A stretch of 64,000 bases of DNA from Octopus vulgaris (taxonomy: Eukaryota), in contig OX597816.1 in the NCBI GenBank assembly GCA_951406725.2, positions 2,852,001 to 2,916,000 of the forward strand, in the 5' to 3' direction. Below are positions 1 through 12,098 of this stretch, one piece after another. Numbering within the stretch: the stretch's first letter is position 1; every line of letters starts with the position of its first letter. A program made the position numbers and the translations under genes. The notes under the pieces were generated by a model. It did no database searches. It was not told where the DNA came from and saw only the letters and a list, made by a program, of their open reading frames with translations.

Positions 1-75
1 TCTTATTAATAGTTTGCATGTACCACGTCCTAGCGTTGCTTTTTTCTTGTTTTTTTTATTATTAATTATATATAA

Positions 76-442
76 ACGTGGTAAATAGCTTACAAACCAA
101 CCACATGGTTCCGGGTTCAGTCGCACCGCGTGGCACCTTGGGCAAGTGCCTTCTACAATAGCCTCGGGCCGACCAAAGCCTTGTGAGTGGATATGGTTGA
201 TGGAAACTGAAAGAAGCCCGTCGTATATATATATATGTGTGTGTGTTTTTGTGAGTTCGTCCTCCAACATCGCTTGACAACCGATGCTGGTGTATTTACG
301 TTCCCCGTAACTTAGTGGTCTGACAAAAGAGGCCAATAATATAAGTACTAGGCTTACAAAGAATAAGTCCTTGGGTTGATTTACTCGACTAGAGTCGTTG
401 CTCCAGTATAGCCGCAGTCAAATGACTGAAACAAATAAAAGA
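76..442 (+). mobile_element. tRNA-headed SINE, family 1
   Basis: B-box-like GGTTCAGTC, a central ccttgggcaagtg block, an internal TA/TG microsatellite and the tail gccgcagtcaaatgactgaaaca. Similar copies lie at 42830, 48406 and 57155. Confidence 0.85.
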
Positions 443-950
443 ATATTTTTAAACTAGCAGTATCGCCCGGCGTTGCTCGGGTTTGTAAGGGAAATAACTA
501 TATAAGCATTTTTAGAGAGTTATAGCAAAAAAATGCATTAAAAATGGAAAAAATTGATGGCAAATTTTTTTTTAAATCGTTGACTCATCGTAGACATTTT
601 TAGAGAGTTACTTCCCTTATATAATAGCGAAAAATGCATTAAAATGGAAAAAAATGATGGTAAATTTTTTTAAAATCGTAGACTCATTGTAGACGCGCGC
701 TAATACCCAGAAGGGCTCGATATGAATCACGACTATAAGATACCCGGTTTTGGTTAAACTGCACCGCAAAATGTGGGAGTAGTTAGGAATCTAGATCGTA
801 GGAGACAGACAGCACACAACTTTTCTTTTATATATAAAGATTTGTTTACAGGAACCATTTTGTATATGCAATTGAAGCTCCTCTTCCATTATCTCGGCCA
901 GTCTTGATTTAAATATACAAGACGTTTCCTGTAAACAAATTTAAAGGATA
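443..950. mobile_element. Small fold-back MITE with long TIRs, left TIR split by a Helitron
   Basis: Removing 454-840 restores atatttttaaa|tttgtttacaggaaccattttgtatat, which is inverted relative to atatacaagacgtttcctgtaaacaaatttaaaggata (913-950). Confidence 0.65.
454..840 (-). mobile_element. Non-autonomous Helitron, family A
   Basis: On the minus strand: 5' TC(TTTATATATAAAAG), subterminal hairpin CCCGAGCAACGCCGGG and 3' CTAG. It sits between A and T with no TSD and is homologous to 52285-52681 and 53071-53460. Confidence 0.85.
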
Positions 951-1323
951 TCTCTCTCTATATAAACGGCAGTTTGTCTGTGTGCGTGTCTGTGTGTCTG
1001 TTAGGTTGTACCCTCACCCTGACCACGACTTTCAACCGATTCTGATGAAACTTGACACACACATAGCCCAATGTCATAATTCAAAACTAACGCAGCGAAA
1101 ATTTTGAAAAGTTCCCCCAGTTCTGAAAAAGATCGATAAATTCGACATGGGGTCGACAATCAGAAACACAAACCACAGATGGTCTAGGGAACGCAACTCG
1201 ACCTTTTTAACTCTCAAAAAAATTTACCATCATTTTTCCCCCATCTTTTGGGCTATAACTCTCTAAAAATGCTTTATAGTTATTTCCCTTACAAACCCGA
1301 GCAACGCCGGGCGATACTGCTAG
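951..1323 (+). mobile_element. Non-autonomous Helitron, family B
   Basis: a|TCTCTCTCTATATAAACGGC ... CCCGAGCAACGCCGGGCGATACTGCTAG|t. Homologous to 13366-13747. Confidence 0.85.
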
Positions 1324-1340
1324 TATATATATATATATAT

Positions 1341-1690
1341 AGGTGTAAAAAGGTTGAATGCAGATTCGTCCTTTAATTTGGAGGTTTCTAAAAAAGATGT
1401 CGAATGTTGATTCTTCATGTTTTGCTGGTAGTTTACAGGCGTAAATATGCGAAGATGTGAATGTTATACTTGTAAATAATGTGTGATGAATTTATGGAAA
1501 GAAGTCCAATAAAACTCCTCAATTTAGTTAAAAATGGAAGAGACAAGTTGTTAAAATATATAAGAGAATTTTAATTTTAATTCATGCAGACGATCGTTTC
1601 GTACAGAGAGGGATATAAAAATTCATGATTGAATTGAATTAGATTAAATTAATTTAATTATATATAAATTAATGTACTCTTTAATTGTGT
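1341..1690 (-). mobile_element. (TA)n-anchored Penelope-like remnant with a decayed hammerhead motif
   Basis: Starts at a (TA)n tract. The minus strand has gtacGAAACGATCGTCtgc (1586-1604) and a degenerate TTAAAGAgtac (1674-1684) where CTGANGA is expected. Confidence 0.4.
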
Positions 1691-1699
1691 ATATTATGT

Positions 1700-1912
1700 G
1701 TGTGTGTTTGCTCCCTCCTCGACCGCTTTACAACCGGTGCGGGTGTGTTTACATCCCCGTAACTTAAAAATTCTTCAAAAGACCAACAGAACAAGTACCA
1801 AACTTTAAAAAATACGTACAGGGGTCGATTCGTTCGACTAAACCTTTCATGCGGTGCCCCAGCATGGCCACAGTCTAATAACTGAAGCAACTTAAAAGTA
1901 AAAGACAAGAAA
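1700..1912 (+). mobile_element. SINE family 1, 3' half
   Basis: Diverged match to the 3' part of 76-442 (acaaccggtgc...tttacatccccgtaactt...ccagcatggccacagtc). Confidence 0.7.
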
Positions 1913-3546
1913 TATAAAGAAATTATAAACAAGTAATTTAAGCAAGGATCGAACCTGTATTTATGGATTTGGTTTGTGTAGATGTTATCTAGCGCGTATT
2001 AGAATTGACGAATAAAATTGTTTCAAGTTTTGGCAGAAGAGCAACAATTTCAAAAGAAAGGCCCAATCGCTTCCAACAAATACTTCCAAGAAGTTCTTCT
2101 TTTCCGCATTACCGATGTTTCTTTTCCTGGATATATTACTATCAAATATTTTATGGGCCCGTCGAAGTAGAAAAAAAAAAACCTTATACGCAGATTAGAA
2201 CTCTTGTCCTGGAGACACTGAACCTTATAGCAACCAGCCTCAATTCGAGAATTATTTAGAAATGACAAAGCGATCTCAAAATGAAGGCTGTTCTGCTGGT
2301 TCTGAAAAGAATCCATATAAATATTTAGACGTTTATATTTAGACCAACTAATTAGATGGAGGAAGGTAGATTATTATCGTCTTTCGGTTTTTTTAGTTTT
2401 TGTTTTCATATATTATCATAGTATAGATATTTATTAAAAAATCCATCCATTTCCTCTAGAATAAGTTTTCCAAATCAACAATTTGATGTGAATTAATAAT
2501 TCACAGGATTAATTCCCGCTGCATGACAACGTCGAGTATAAATGCATCACAAAAGAAGAAAAAAAACAACATATTTTATTGAGTTGACTGAAGAAATCTA
2601 AGAAGAAATAAATGTTTTATTAATTTTACTTATAACGATTTCTTTTGACTCAGCACAAAGGCCTTCTTTATTAGAGAAAAGCAAAGTATGGAATGTTGTA
2701 ACGCTCATGCCTTCCCCAGGGTATTAAATTGAAATGGCTTCCATTGAGAATTAACCAGTTGTTCAATGCATCGTCCATTCATATATATATTGATCCGGTT
2801 TGCTAGCGGTGCTAAAAGGGCAGATATGATCGTGATGTTAAAGATATGGATGAAATTGATTTAAGGTATCTAGTGCGGTGCTTCACTGCGCTGGGTTTAA
2901 ATTACGCATGAATGGTTAAAATAAGGCCCAGTAATATATTTCTTAGAGTGCTGAGGAGTGAGCTGATAAAAGTAATTGCATAAGAGTACGTGTAGACAGC
3001 GGGAGCACTCTAAAATTCACAAGTGCTTCGTTACTTTGTAGTGCTGAAATCAAGACTACGCGTGGATCTGGTGGAATTCACTTCACATCTCAGATTTAGA
3101 TTTTTGATTGGATGCAGTCATCAAATGACGGCCTCTATACAACGGCCGTTTTGGTGACAACGTCATCGAGACGATATCTTCAAATTAGAAATACCAAATT
3201 AGAAGCGAATTAGATTCCCCAAATTCATTTGGTGACGTCACGAGCGTACTAACCAATCAAAGTTGTCCATCCTTGATTTAAATCAATTCTAGAATCTCTA
3301 GATCAAGCAAAGAAACGGAAATCAACCAAGTGTAACCTGAGTCAGCTTACTTTCGCATTTAATACCGTCAACCAAATATGAAGAACTGGCGAACAAGCCA
3401 TCTGTGATAAACGCTCGCAGAAAACTTAGTCCAAATGAACACAATATAGCCCCAAGGCTCGCCATGTAACGACACTATTTTTGAAAGTAATAAAATGATG
3501 AAACCGGTAAAGGAATTGTAAATAAATTTAATTAATGTGAATATTT

Positions 3547-3588
<42 letters not shown>

Positions 3589-3592
<4 letters not shown>

Positions 3593-3777
3593 GGGAAAGT
3601 TTACGAAAGTAAACAAAAGACGAAGGCAGGTGGAGTACAAACAAACAAATGTATTAGTTTAGCGCTCAGGAATAGAAATAGAAAAAGTCTTTTACGTTTC
3701 GAGCCTACGCTCTTCTACAGAAAGGGACACAGAAAAGAAACAAGGAGAGAAAAAAATGTGTGTAGGAGCTAACGATC

Positions 3778-3780
<3 letters not shown>
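3589..3780 (-). mobile_element. (TA)n-embedded short Penelope-like/retrozyme-like element
   Basis: Flanked by (TA)n on both sides and closely similar to 55155-55370. A terminal fragment occurs in the opposite orientation at 43219-43255. It carries a hammerhead-like fold. Confidence 0.7.
3688..3725 (-). ncRNA. Minimal type-I hammerhead ribozyme candidate (CUGUAGA core variant)
   Basis: Minus strand reads CTTT CTGTAGA A GAGC-GTAG-GCTC GAA AC-GT A AAAG. This gives stem I CTTT/AAAG, stem II GAGC/GCTC, a palindromic ACGT stem III and a GUA cleavage triplet. Confidence 0.6.
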
Positions 3781-3831
<51 letters not shown>

Positions 3832-4347
3832 AAATGCATATAGATATAAAGGATTGGGCGCTGTTTAGTTATATAATTTAGGTTATAATAGTTATATAAT
3901 TTAGGAGTTGGTTATTGAATTTATTTACCGACTTTGTTGTACAAAACGGTAAATATGTTTCTTGTAGCTTAATAAGTTAATGTTTAATCCTTCCAATAAT
4001 TAAGATTGAACGAATGTGGGGATTTCTTAGGTACGTTTGTTCCCAAACCACACTTCTTTTAGTGCTGTTGACACAGCCTGATTGAAATCCACTGTCCAGG
4101 TGTCGAAACCATAATGATATCCATGTGCAGGCTGATGATAGAGGTATATTGGAGTGTTGGTATGGGTGTTTTTGTATATGTGATATAGTACTGTAACACA
4201 GACACGTAAATATATATATACATGTATGCATGTAAGAATGTATGTACGACGTACATTATTGATCGTAGTCATGATTGTAATGATGATGATGATGATGACG
4301 TGCTAATAGTATTGTTCTTTTTTTCTTCTTCTCTTTCCTTTCCTCAG

Positions 4348-4629
4348 CGCCGGAGTTTGTACAGCGCCTCACCGGTGACGACTCTGTGTTGGAGAACAGC
4401 ATAGTTCGATTCGAATGCAGAGTGAAGGGCTTCCCGAAGCCGACAGTGAAATGGTACAAAGATGAAGAGATCTTGGAACTTGATGATCGGATATCTGTGG
4501 AAGCGTTAGAGCAAGGAACCTTCGCCCTTGTCATTGCTGATGTGACCAAGAAAGATGAAGCTACGTATCGATGTCGGATCGAAAACAATGAAGGTTCGAG
4601 TTCAAGCACGATTTACCTCAGCGTTAAAG
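4348..4629 (+). CDS. Internal coding exon encoding one complete I-set immunoglobulin domain (titin/twitchin/obscurin/MLCK-like muscle or cytoskeletal protein)
   Basis: Polypyrimidine tract plus acceptor ttcctcag|cg at 4347/4348 and donor AAAG|gttcgt at 4629/4630. The exon is 282 nt, phase 1-1. Translation xPEFVQRLTGDDSVLENSIVRFECRVKGFPKPTVKWYKDEEILELDDRISVEALEQGTFALVIADVTKKDEATYRCRIENNEGSSSSTIYLSVK has the I-set hallmarks PxF, C-x-V-x-G-x-P-x-P-x-V-x-W-Y-K-D and D-x-x-x-Y-x-C-x-x-x-N-x-x-G. Confidence 0.95.
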
Positions 4630-5411
4630 GTTCGTATCTTTTTTAATAATCTGACCTTCAATCGATTCGTGTCGGCGCATGGCTCAGGGGTCAGCGTCTG
4701 ACGCTCATCAAACAGTTTTATTCTTCAATTCTTAGTTCGATGTGCAACCATTGTAATACGCGTTAGATGACCTCCACACAAACCAAGTCTATAAATACAG
4801 GTTCGATCCTTGCTTAAATCACTTTACTTCAGCGTGTGACACTCATGAGCAGTAAGATTGTGGTTTCGATTCCCGGTCCAGGTAGTGCGTTGTCTTCTTG
4901 AGCAGAACACTCCATTTCCCTTTGTTCCGACTGTGTGTGGAGGTGGGGGATGGGGGTAGTGTTGGATCTCGCTCATTTATACGCCATGGAGCTCCGGTCC
5001 CCGGCTTTATGAGTGCCAGGATTCGAACACAGTTATGTCCAGGGAAATTGCTTCCATCGATTAATTACCGAATATCACATTCATTTTCACCGCCATCTTT
5101 AAACGTAGTCGACCGCATTATCGTCACCGCCACCACCGCCGCCGCCATCATTATCAGCTCGAGTGACATATGTTTTATTGATCATTATCGATCTTTCATC
5201 TAAAGACGTTAGATACAATTTCGTAGATTTCTTCTCAAAATTGAACATCAGAAAAATGGCGTCGCTGCCGTGGAAATCACAGAATATCAGGTTAAAGAAC
5301 GGAGACGACTCGATTCCGTTAATATAAGTTCTATATTTAAATCACGCCAGAATCGATATTGGTTTCCCCTCCATCCCGGATCGATTTCTATCGGATACAC
5401 ACACACACACA

Positions 5412-5442
<31 letters not shown>

Positions 5443-6012
5443 GCATGTATCATTGCCTTCAAGAAGTTTTATGGCGTCGTGTCAGTAGGGGAAGCCGACA
5501 TTAAACAGTAAATGGAGAAGATGACATCAGTTTCTTTAATTTTCACAAATATTTCCCCACGAGCCACGTGAGCGCGACTAAACTCTGATAACTTTCTTCA
5601 CGTGGGAACATGGAAGACGAACGAATTAATCAATACGAAATTTTAGAAATAATAAGCAAATAAAAAAAATCAATGTCTTATTGATAGATGACTTGCATGC
5701 AATTTGAGCAGATTCTGTAAGATGTGAATGCATGTGGCGACGAGCAATAGGCGCGTCTGCGTGTATGAACGTCTGTGTATACACGTGCATAAGACGGATT
5801 CTCCCGCCGAAGGCGACGTTGGCATGTTCAGCGAAAAAGATATATATACACGTGCATATTTACACCACACACACACACACGTATGTACGTCAAAAGACCT
5901 CGTTCTGTGGCCTTTGTTCCTTTTGTCAGCCAGCACAAAGGTGTATTATGCAATAAAATGTGAAAATCTTTGGCAGAGCTCACATTTGGCAGGCCTAACA
6001 TTGCATTATCAA

Positions 6013-6650
6013 CTGGGGCTCATATGACCACTGGAGATCCACATACGATTTTTGGGGGTCCACGCAAGCAAAATAGTCAGTTGTGGATCCACAGAAGTAT
6101 TTTAAGGGTCCACGTAAAAGAGTTTTAATTTAGCTGTATTTATTGCAAGAAACAGGTTTCTTTTGCTAACGTTTTACATATTAGGGCTTTGAGAAGTGTT
6201 TGAGTGATGTTATGGCAAGAATCATGACACCCCCCCATCCCGTGAGAATGGACTAGTCGAACTTGTATAAGTAGCAGCTTGTCTGACTGAGAACGAGAGG
6301 TGAGAAATGGCTGGAAGTGGAAATGTGTCGTTCGTGAGTTCGTGGGGCCGGAGGAAATTGTTGAGAAGTTCGTTGAGAGTTGTTTTGGATTGGTTACAGT
6401 TGTTGGCAGAGTATTTGGGGAATATATCAAGTGGAGAGAGTTGGGGTCAACCCCGTTCCGTGGTATTGCATATGTCACCTTAGCGCACATCATTAAGGTG
6501 ATATATAAAGAAACCAAGTTATAAAAAGTGAAACACAAAATAAGAATTTTTGAAAGCAGCATTTATGAAACTAGTTTTTAAGCATCGAATTGTTTCGGGG
6601 TTCCACCAGAATGGAATAGTAATAAGCAAGAAATGGCTGAGGACCATTTC
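6013..6650. mobile_element. Decayed hAT-like MITE interrupted by an unrelated ~290-bp insert
   Basis: Internal ggggtccac motifs and a terminal aaatggctgaggaccatt resemble the reverse complement of 58241-58520. The segment ~6233-6520 is compositionally distinct. Confidence 0.4.
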
Positions 6651-7183
6651 TCTAATCAAATCATGCCAGGCTCGATCCAGCAGCTGCTGGTATCGAGATA
6701 CCGTCCATGACTTCCCACCGATTTGCTTATAAGCAACGACGACAACAACAACAACAACAAAAACGTAAGCAGCGGTAAGACAACAAAAATAGCAAAACCG
6801 AACCCAAACCCGGCAAACCCTACTTTTCTCATGAACCCCTCCTCCTCTTCTTCATTCTATTATAAACTAATTCTTCTCATCTACATGATATTCTTTATTC
6901 TAGTTAATGTTCCGCGAAACTTCCATTTCTCTGTCACTCTCTCTGCCCCTCCCCTCTCTCACTTTTTCTCTCTTTGTCAGTCTCTCTTACAGTTTCTCTC
7001 TCTCTCTCACCCCTTCTTTCTATGATTCACCCTTGCACTCTCATGTTATCCTACAACTCAATGTTCAAATCTTTTGAGCTCATCACTAATCTCCTTCATC
7101 TTGCTAATCTTCTGATCTCCATTTGCTCTTACAGTCTCTGGATGATGTCACTCTTCATCTCTGTTCTTTTCTGTCTCTCTCAC

Positions 7184-7241
<58 letters not shown>

Positions 7242-7259
7242 ACACACATACACACACAG

Positions 7260-7317
<58 letters not shown>

Positions 7318-7327
7318 GTATGTATAT

Positions 7328-7361
<34 letters not shown>

Positions 7362-7363
<2 letters not shown>

Positions 7364-7796
7364 TCAGAGCACTGTCGACATATGGGATTTAGGAATAATC
7401 ATGTGAAATGATGCATCTTTCATCAGTCACATCACCTCTACTCTAAATGCAGACATCTCTGAGGATGACTTCTACGAACTTTCGCAACACGAGAACCGGT
7501 AGTTATGCTAACCCTATGCAAAACCTTAGTGCTGAGCAGGTTGGATTGCTGCTCACAGCTTTGGTCTCCAAATTCCCCCGGTCTCATAGAAGAAATTGAA
7601 GGGTTACAAAGAACATTGAACACTAAAATAACTTCGGTTAATGTCAGAAGCAAGACGGGTGCGACATAAGCCACGTCTTTAAGATTTGAACTTTTTGAAA
7701 ACCAGTGAAAATGACTGTGAAAACGGTTAAAGCCTTAAATATATCAATAAAAAATATTTGAACTTTTCTCAGTGCATTTTCAACTTCTATTTTCCC

Positions 7797-7797
<1 letters not shown>
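7362..7797. mobile_element. (TA)n-embedded insertion, possibly Penelope-like
   Basis: A complex 435-bp segment bounded on both sides by (TA)n. It contains CTGAGGA followed by cttctacga...tcatagaag complementary arms. Confidence 0.35.
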
Positions 7798-7876
<79 letters not shown>

Positions 7877-8749
7877 GATAGGTGAATGAATTATCCTATG
7901 TTTACCGTCAACATGGAAAATTCAATGAATCGATACCAGGGTAGCAAATTCACGTAAGAAACACGGTTGAAACGACCTATCCAAAGGTAGACACTCCGGG
8001 TTCATGTGCAGAAATTTGTTTGTTATATATGAATAAATAGATAAAAAGGGTTGAACGAAGATGTTAGCAAAATTCCTTTACTCTCGACATATAAGGGCAG
8101 CCTACCCATGAACTAGTAAAACACATTCCCTAAGTATGTGTTTAATATTTTATACAAGCATAAGAGAATATATTCTTTCAACGTACCTGGTGTTAGAACA
8201 CCTGGAGGTCATAGACAAGCGAGATAACTCACATCAAATCCCATCCGGGAGCGACAGACATCGATGTTTCGTCATTTCTGTGCCTTTCAATACGGCGTAC
8301 CTGAAACGAGGCTTGATGTGAGCTACATTGTTGTCTATGACTTTATGCAAAATGGTGTCAGAACCATCTGCTGGTTTGTCGTTTCAAGTACGCAGTATCA
8401 ACAAGTCACAAAAAAGGACAAGACATCGATGTCTATAAACTCCCGAATGGGATCCGACGCGAGTTATCTCGCTTGTATATGACTTCCAGGTGTTTTAACA
8501 CCAGGCGCACTGATGAGAATACATTCTCTCCTGCCTATAAGCGCAGCCTACCCACGAACTAGCAAAACACATACATTTTGACTATGTTTTCAATAATGTT
8601 TATATCCATCTAGCTGCTTCTTACTCATTTTTGAATATATATATTCAAATGTACACACATACACACTCACACACACACATGCATATATACATATACATAT
8701 ATATTGATAGATATATACATACACGCACATACATACATACATACATACA

Positions 8750-8785
<36 letters not shown>

Positions 8786-10169
8786 TATTATACATACATA
8801 TACATACATACATACACACACACACGCATACATATATATATATATATTTATAGTTACTGATTTAACTGAAGATAATTATGACATCGATATAACTATTCAC
8901 GCCCAAAGGATGCTGCTCCTTGACAAATGTTCTTTATTCCGTATTTGCATGGGGTCATTAGATTGTGCAGAGATATGCAATTTTATGGGGCTATATATCT
9001 ATGCCTGTCTTCCTCCCTCCCTACTTCCTACCTATCTACCTTCCTACCTACCTACCTACTTACTTGTCTATCTATACACGCACACATATGTTTATACATG
9101 TAGTATTTGTGTGTGTAACCGCCCAAGAAAAACACAAATGATAGAAACTAGTATGTATGTATGTGTGTATGTATCTATGCGTGTGTGTATGTATGTGGGT
9201 AGGTAAGTTTGTATATATGTATGCATGTGTGTATGTAACGTGTAAGAATATTTAAATGTGTCAGGCCATATTTGTAAGCGTATTTTAACTCATTCTCTCC
9301 CTCCCCCCCTCCCTCCCTCACTCACTCACTCACTGTCTGTCTCTCCTCTCTCTCTCTCTCTCTCATTATACATTCAATGAATAAACAAATCCTCTAATAA
9401 ATATTTCAGTATACATGTCGGGTGTTTCTTTACCGTTAAACCAAAGAACTTATTCTCAATATTTTCGTCTTTCTCCCAAGACGTAGTTCTCTCAAATACC
9501 AACATTTAACAACTTTCTGGAATAAGCCAATGGAACCGTCTCATCTCCATATAAAACTATATAAATATAATATCTGATCTGTTTGAAATTGAACCTGAGA
9601 TGTATTTTTTTCTTCCAAAAGTCGTTACTCCAAAAGCGTTTAGTACCTTCCGGAAGTTTAGAAAATTTAATATCCCGACAGATGATATTATATCATATTT
9701 TAAGGATATGATATCACACAAAAACATGTTCCTTCAGATTCCTTCGTGTGATATCGTAGACATTAATCTAATTAAGTCTGACTAATTGAAAATCAGTAAT
9801 ATAGACACGTTGGCCATTTTCTTTCATCCTAGTAGAACTGTTTTGTTTAAGATAATTGCTTCTTAGATTAAATAATGCCATTCTACGTAATTATATGAAG
9901 TTATAATTACAATTTTAAGGATTTCAGCCTGTTTCAGAAGCCCAACTAATATTAATTTTCAAAGAAGCTTTTTCTCTTCTTTTCTATAAACTAAAAATAA
10001 TGTGACGAGATTTTAGTCAACTGAACAAAGAATGTACTTAAGTTAGTGTTACCGTATTTAAAGTAGGGGGTATGGTAAAATTAACGAGAAATAATTATGT
10101 GGTAAGAAGCAAAAATAACGTATTAAAGACTATTATTATTTTTATTACTCTGGCAATCACGGAAGACAG

Positions 10170-10220
<51 letters not shown>

Positions 10221-10229
<9 letters not shown>

Positions 10230-10633
10230 TAAATTGGACGTCGGCAATCATTGTATTCTTTCTTGTCTTGAGGTTCACAGCCAAACGGCTGGGTGGATTC
10301 GCATGAAAAGTGGCCCATATGTGGAGACGGGTGCATAGATTGGAATGCAGTTTGTATTTTTTTTTCCTAGTCCCCATACTTACCGAGAAAATCGATTAAA
10401 ACTCTTTCTAATGGAATTCCCCTCTTTCTTCCGCCATTAAAACAACCAGTTGCTTAGAAGCTGTTTTCTGATGGGGTGGGGGCCCAGGAAATTTTCATAC
10501 AGCTGGAGGATCCAATCGAAACAGGGCACCCGAAATGATAAGATTGAGAAATGGTGTTATAGATTATGCCTGACCGAAAACGATCATAGCCACATCATCC
10601 AAACAGACCAGGTAAAACCGGGCTTAGCTGCTA

Positions 10634-10634
<1 letters not shown>
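10221..10634 (+). mobile_element. Non-autonomous Helitron, family D
   Basis: 3' end ccaggtaaaaccgggcttagctgCTAG|t (imperfect hairpin plus CTAG). The 5' end merges into (TA)n. Internal aacggctgggtggattcgcatgaaa resembles family B aaccgattctgatgaaa. Confidence 0.6.
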
Positions 10635-10695
<61 letters not shown>

Positions 10696-12098
10696 GTCTC
10701 GATATCATTATGACTTCCTCAGCGAAGGAAACACTCAAGCATACTTGTTAAAGCAACGCTTTTTACCTGTCCTTGTACCATTTTTCAACTTTGTGTTGTC
10801 TTTTAGCATGAAAAACTATTTCTCCAAAAGGCATTTTGAAGTACATTGGCTGAGTAGCAGAAGCATGTCTTTGTATTTTCTCTCGCAAGAATGTCTCAGA
10901 ATAGCGAGTCACGACACAGTCATATGATAGGACGTAGCATTGAAAACCTACTTCAACTAATTCTATGTCATTGTCTTCTTGTCACCACTTAAAATATATC
11001 TCGCGCTATTATCTACCATTGTTAATAGAAACGATTGCAGCTCTGAGCATTAATTTGCTGGTTCGTTTTTGTTTAGTTTTCCAGTAAATACTGCAAACTG
11101 CCACCACTCCTCTCTGTCTGGTACTTTAGAGATAAATGTACAGCCCGGATAGTGTGGAGAACGCTTGTAGGGATTGGAAATAGGGGAAAATAGCGAAAGG
11201 TGGCTGTGGGCAGGATGGGAAAGGCAGCGGCATAAAGAGCCTGTTCCTGATTGTGAAACAAGGAAGAAGGGGGCTAAGCTGCATGCCAGGAGAAGGAGAC
11301 GGTGAGCAGTGATTTGGTCCCCACTGCTGACCCCTCACCAACGGGAAAGTGTGTTAAGGTTCAGGCTCGATTCAGATCGTTGGGTATCGCCTAATGACAT
11401 CGATTCCCCACCAAAAGTGAATGAAGAGAATGCATCTTCTTTTAGATGTTATCATATTTACACTTGCATAGCCTGAATCATGAAGCATCTGAAAAGCAAG
11501 GATTGCTAGATTTTTCTCCATCTGTATCTCAATTTTAATTCTGTTGCGCTTGCTTACAACATCATGGCACAGGATGTTCTCGTCTACATCATAATCGTTC
11601 GTAGAACGATTCAATTATTAATTCATAATTATATATAATAAGATTTACTGTCATTACATATGGAAAGTGAAACCAATTATTCAGGCCAACTTCCGTTTTA
11701 ATATTCCACTAAATTATAAATATTTGGAAAGCGTACCTGAAGGAGGATTTGGCCTGGATACTAAAAAGTATTTGGCCTGGATAATAAGACAAGTCGCTCA
11801 TAATAGATAAATGGAAACTTCTCAGAGACTTCAGTTTCTATTGAACGCAATGAAAGGGACGCTGCCAATCATACAGACTAATCAATTAGTGGCGTGATTA
11901 TGTATAATTATTTAGTTCTAATTACTAAGCGACTACTTGCTATGTATAGCATGTAGAGACGTACATACATACATACATACATACATACATACGTATATAC
12001 ATACGTACATACATACATACATACGTTCATACATACATACATACGTACGTACATACATACATACATACATACATACATACATACATACATACATACAT

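Noticed and set aside
4256-4609. 117-aa minus-strand ORF
   Set aside because: It is the antisense shadow of the Ig exon, extended by a (CAT)n repeat.
8631-9206. 191-aa ORF and similar YIYI/THTH/MYVC/LSIY ORFs (e.g. 20379, 25649, 51044, 53542)
   Set aside because: These are stop-free frames through microsatellites with no domain content or splice signals.
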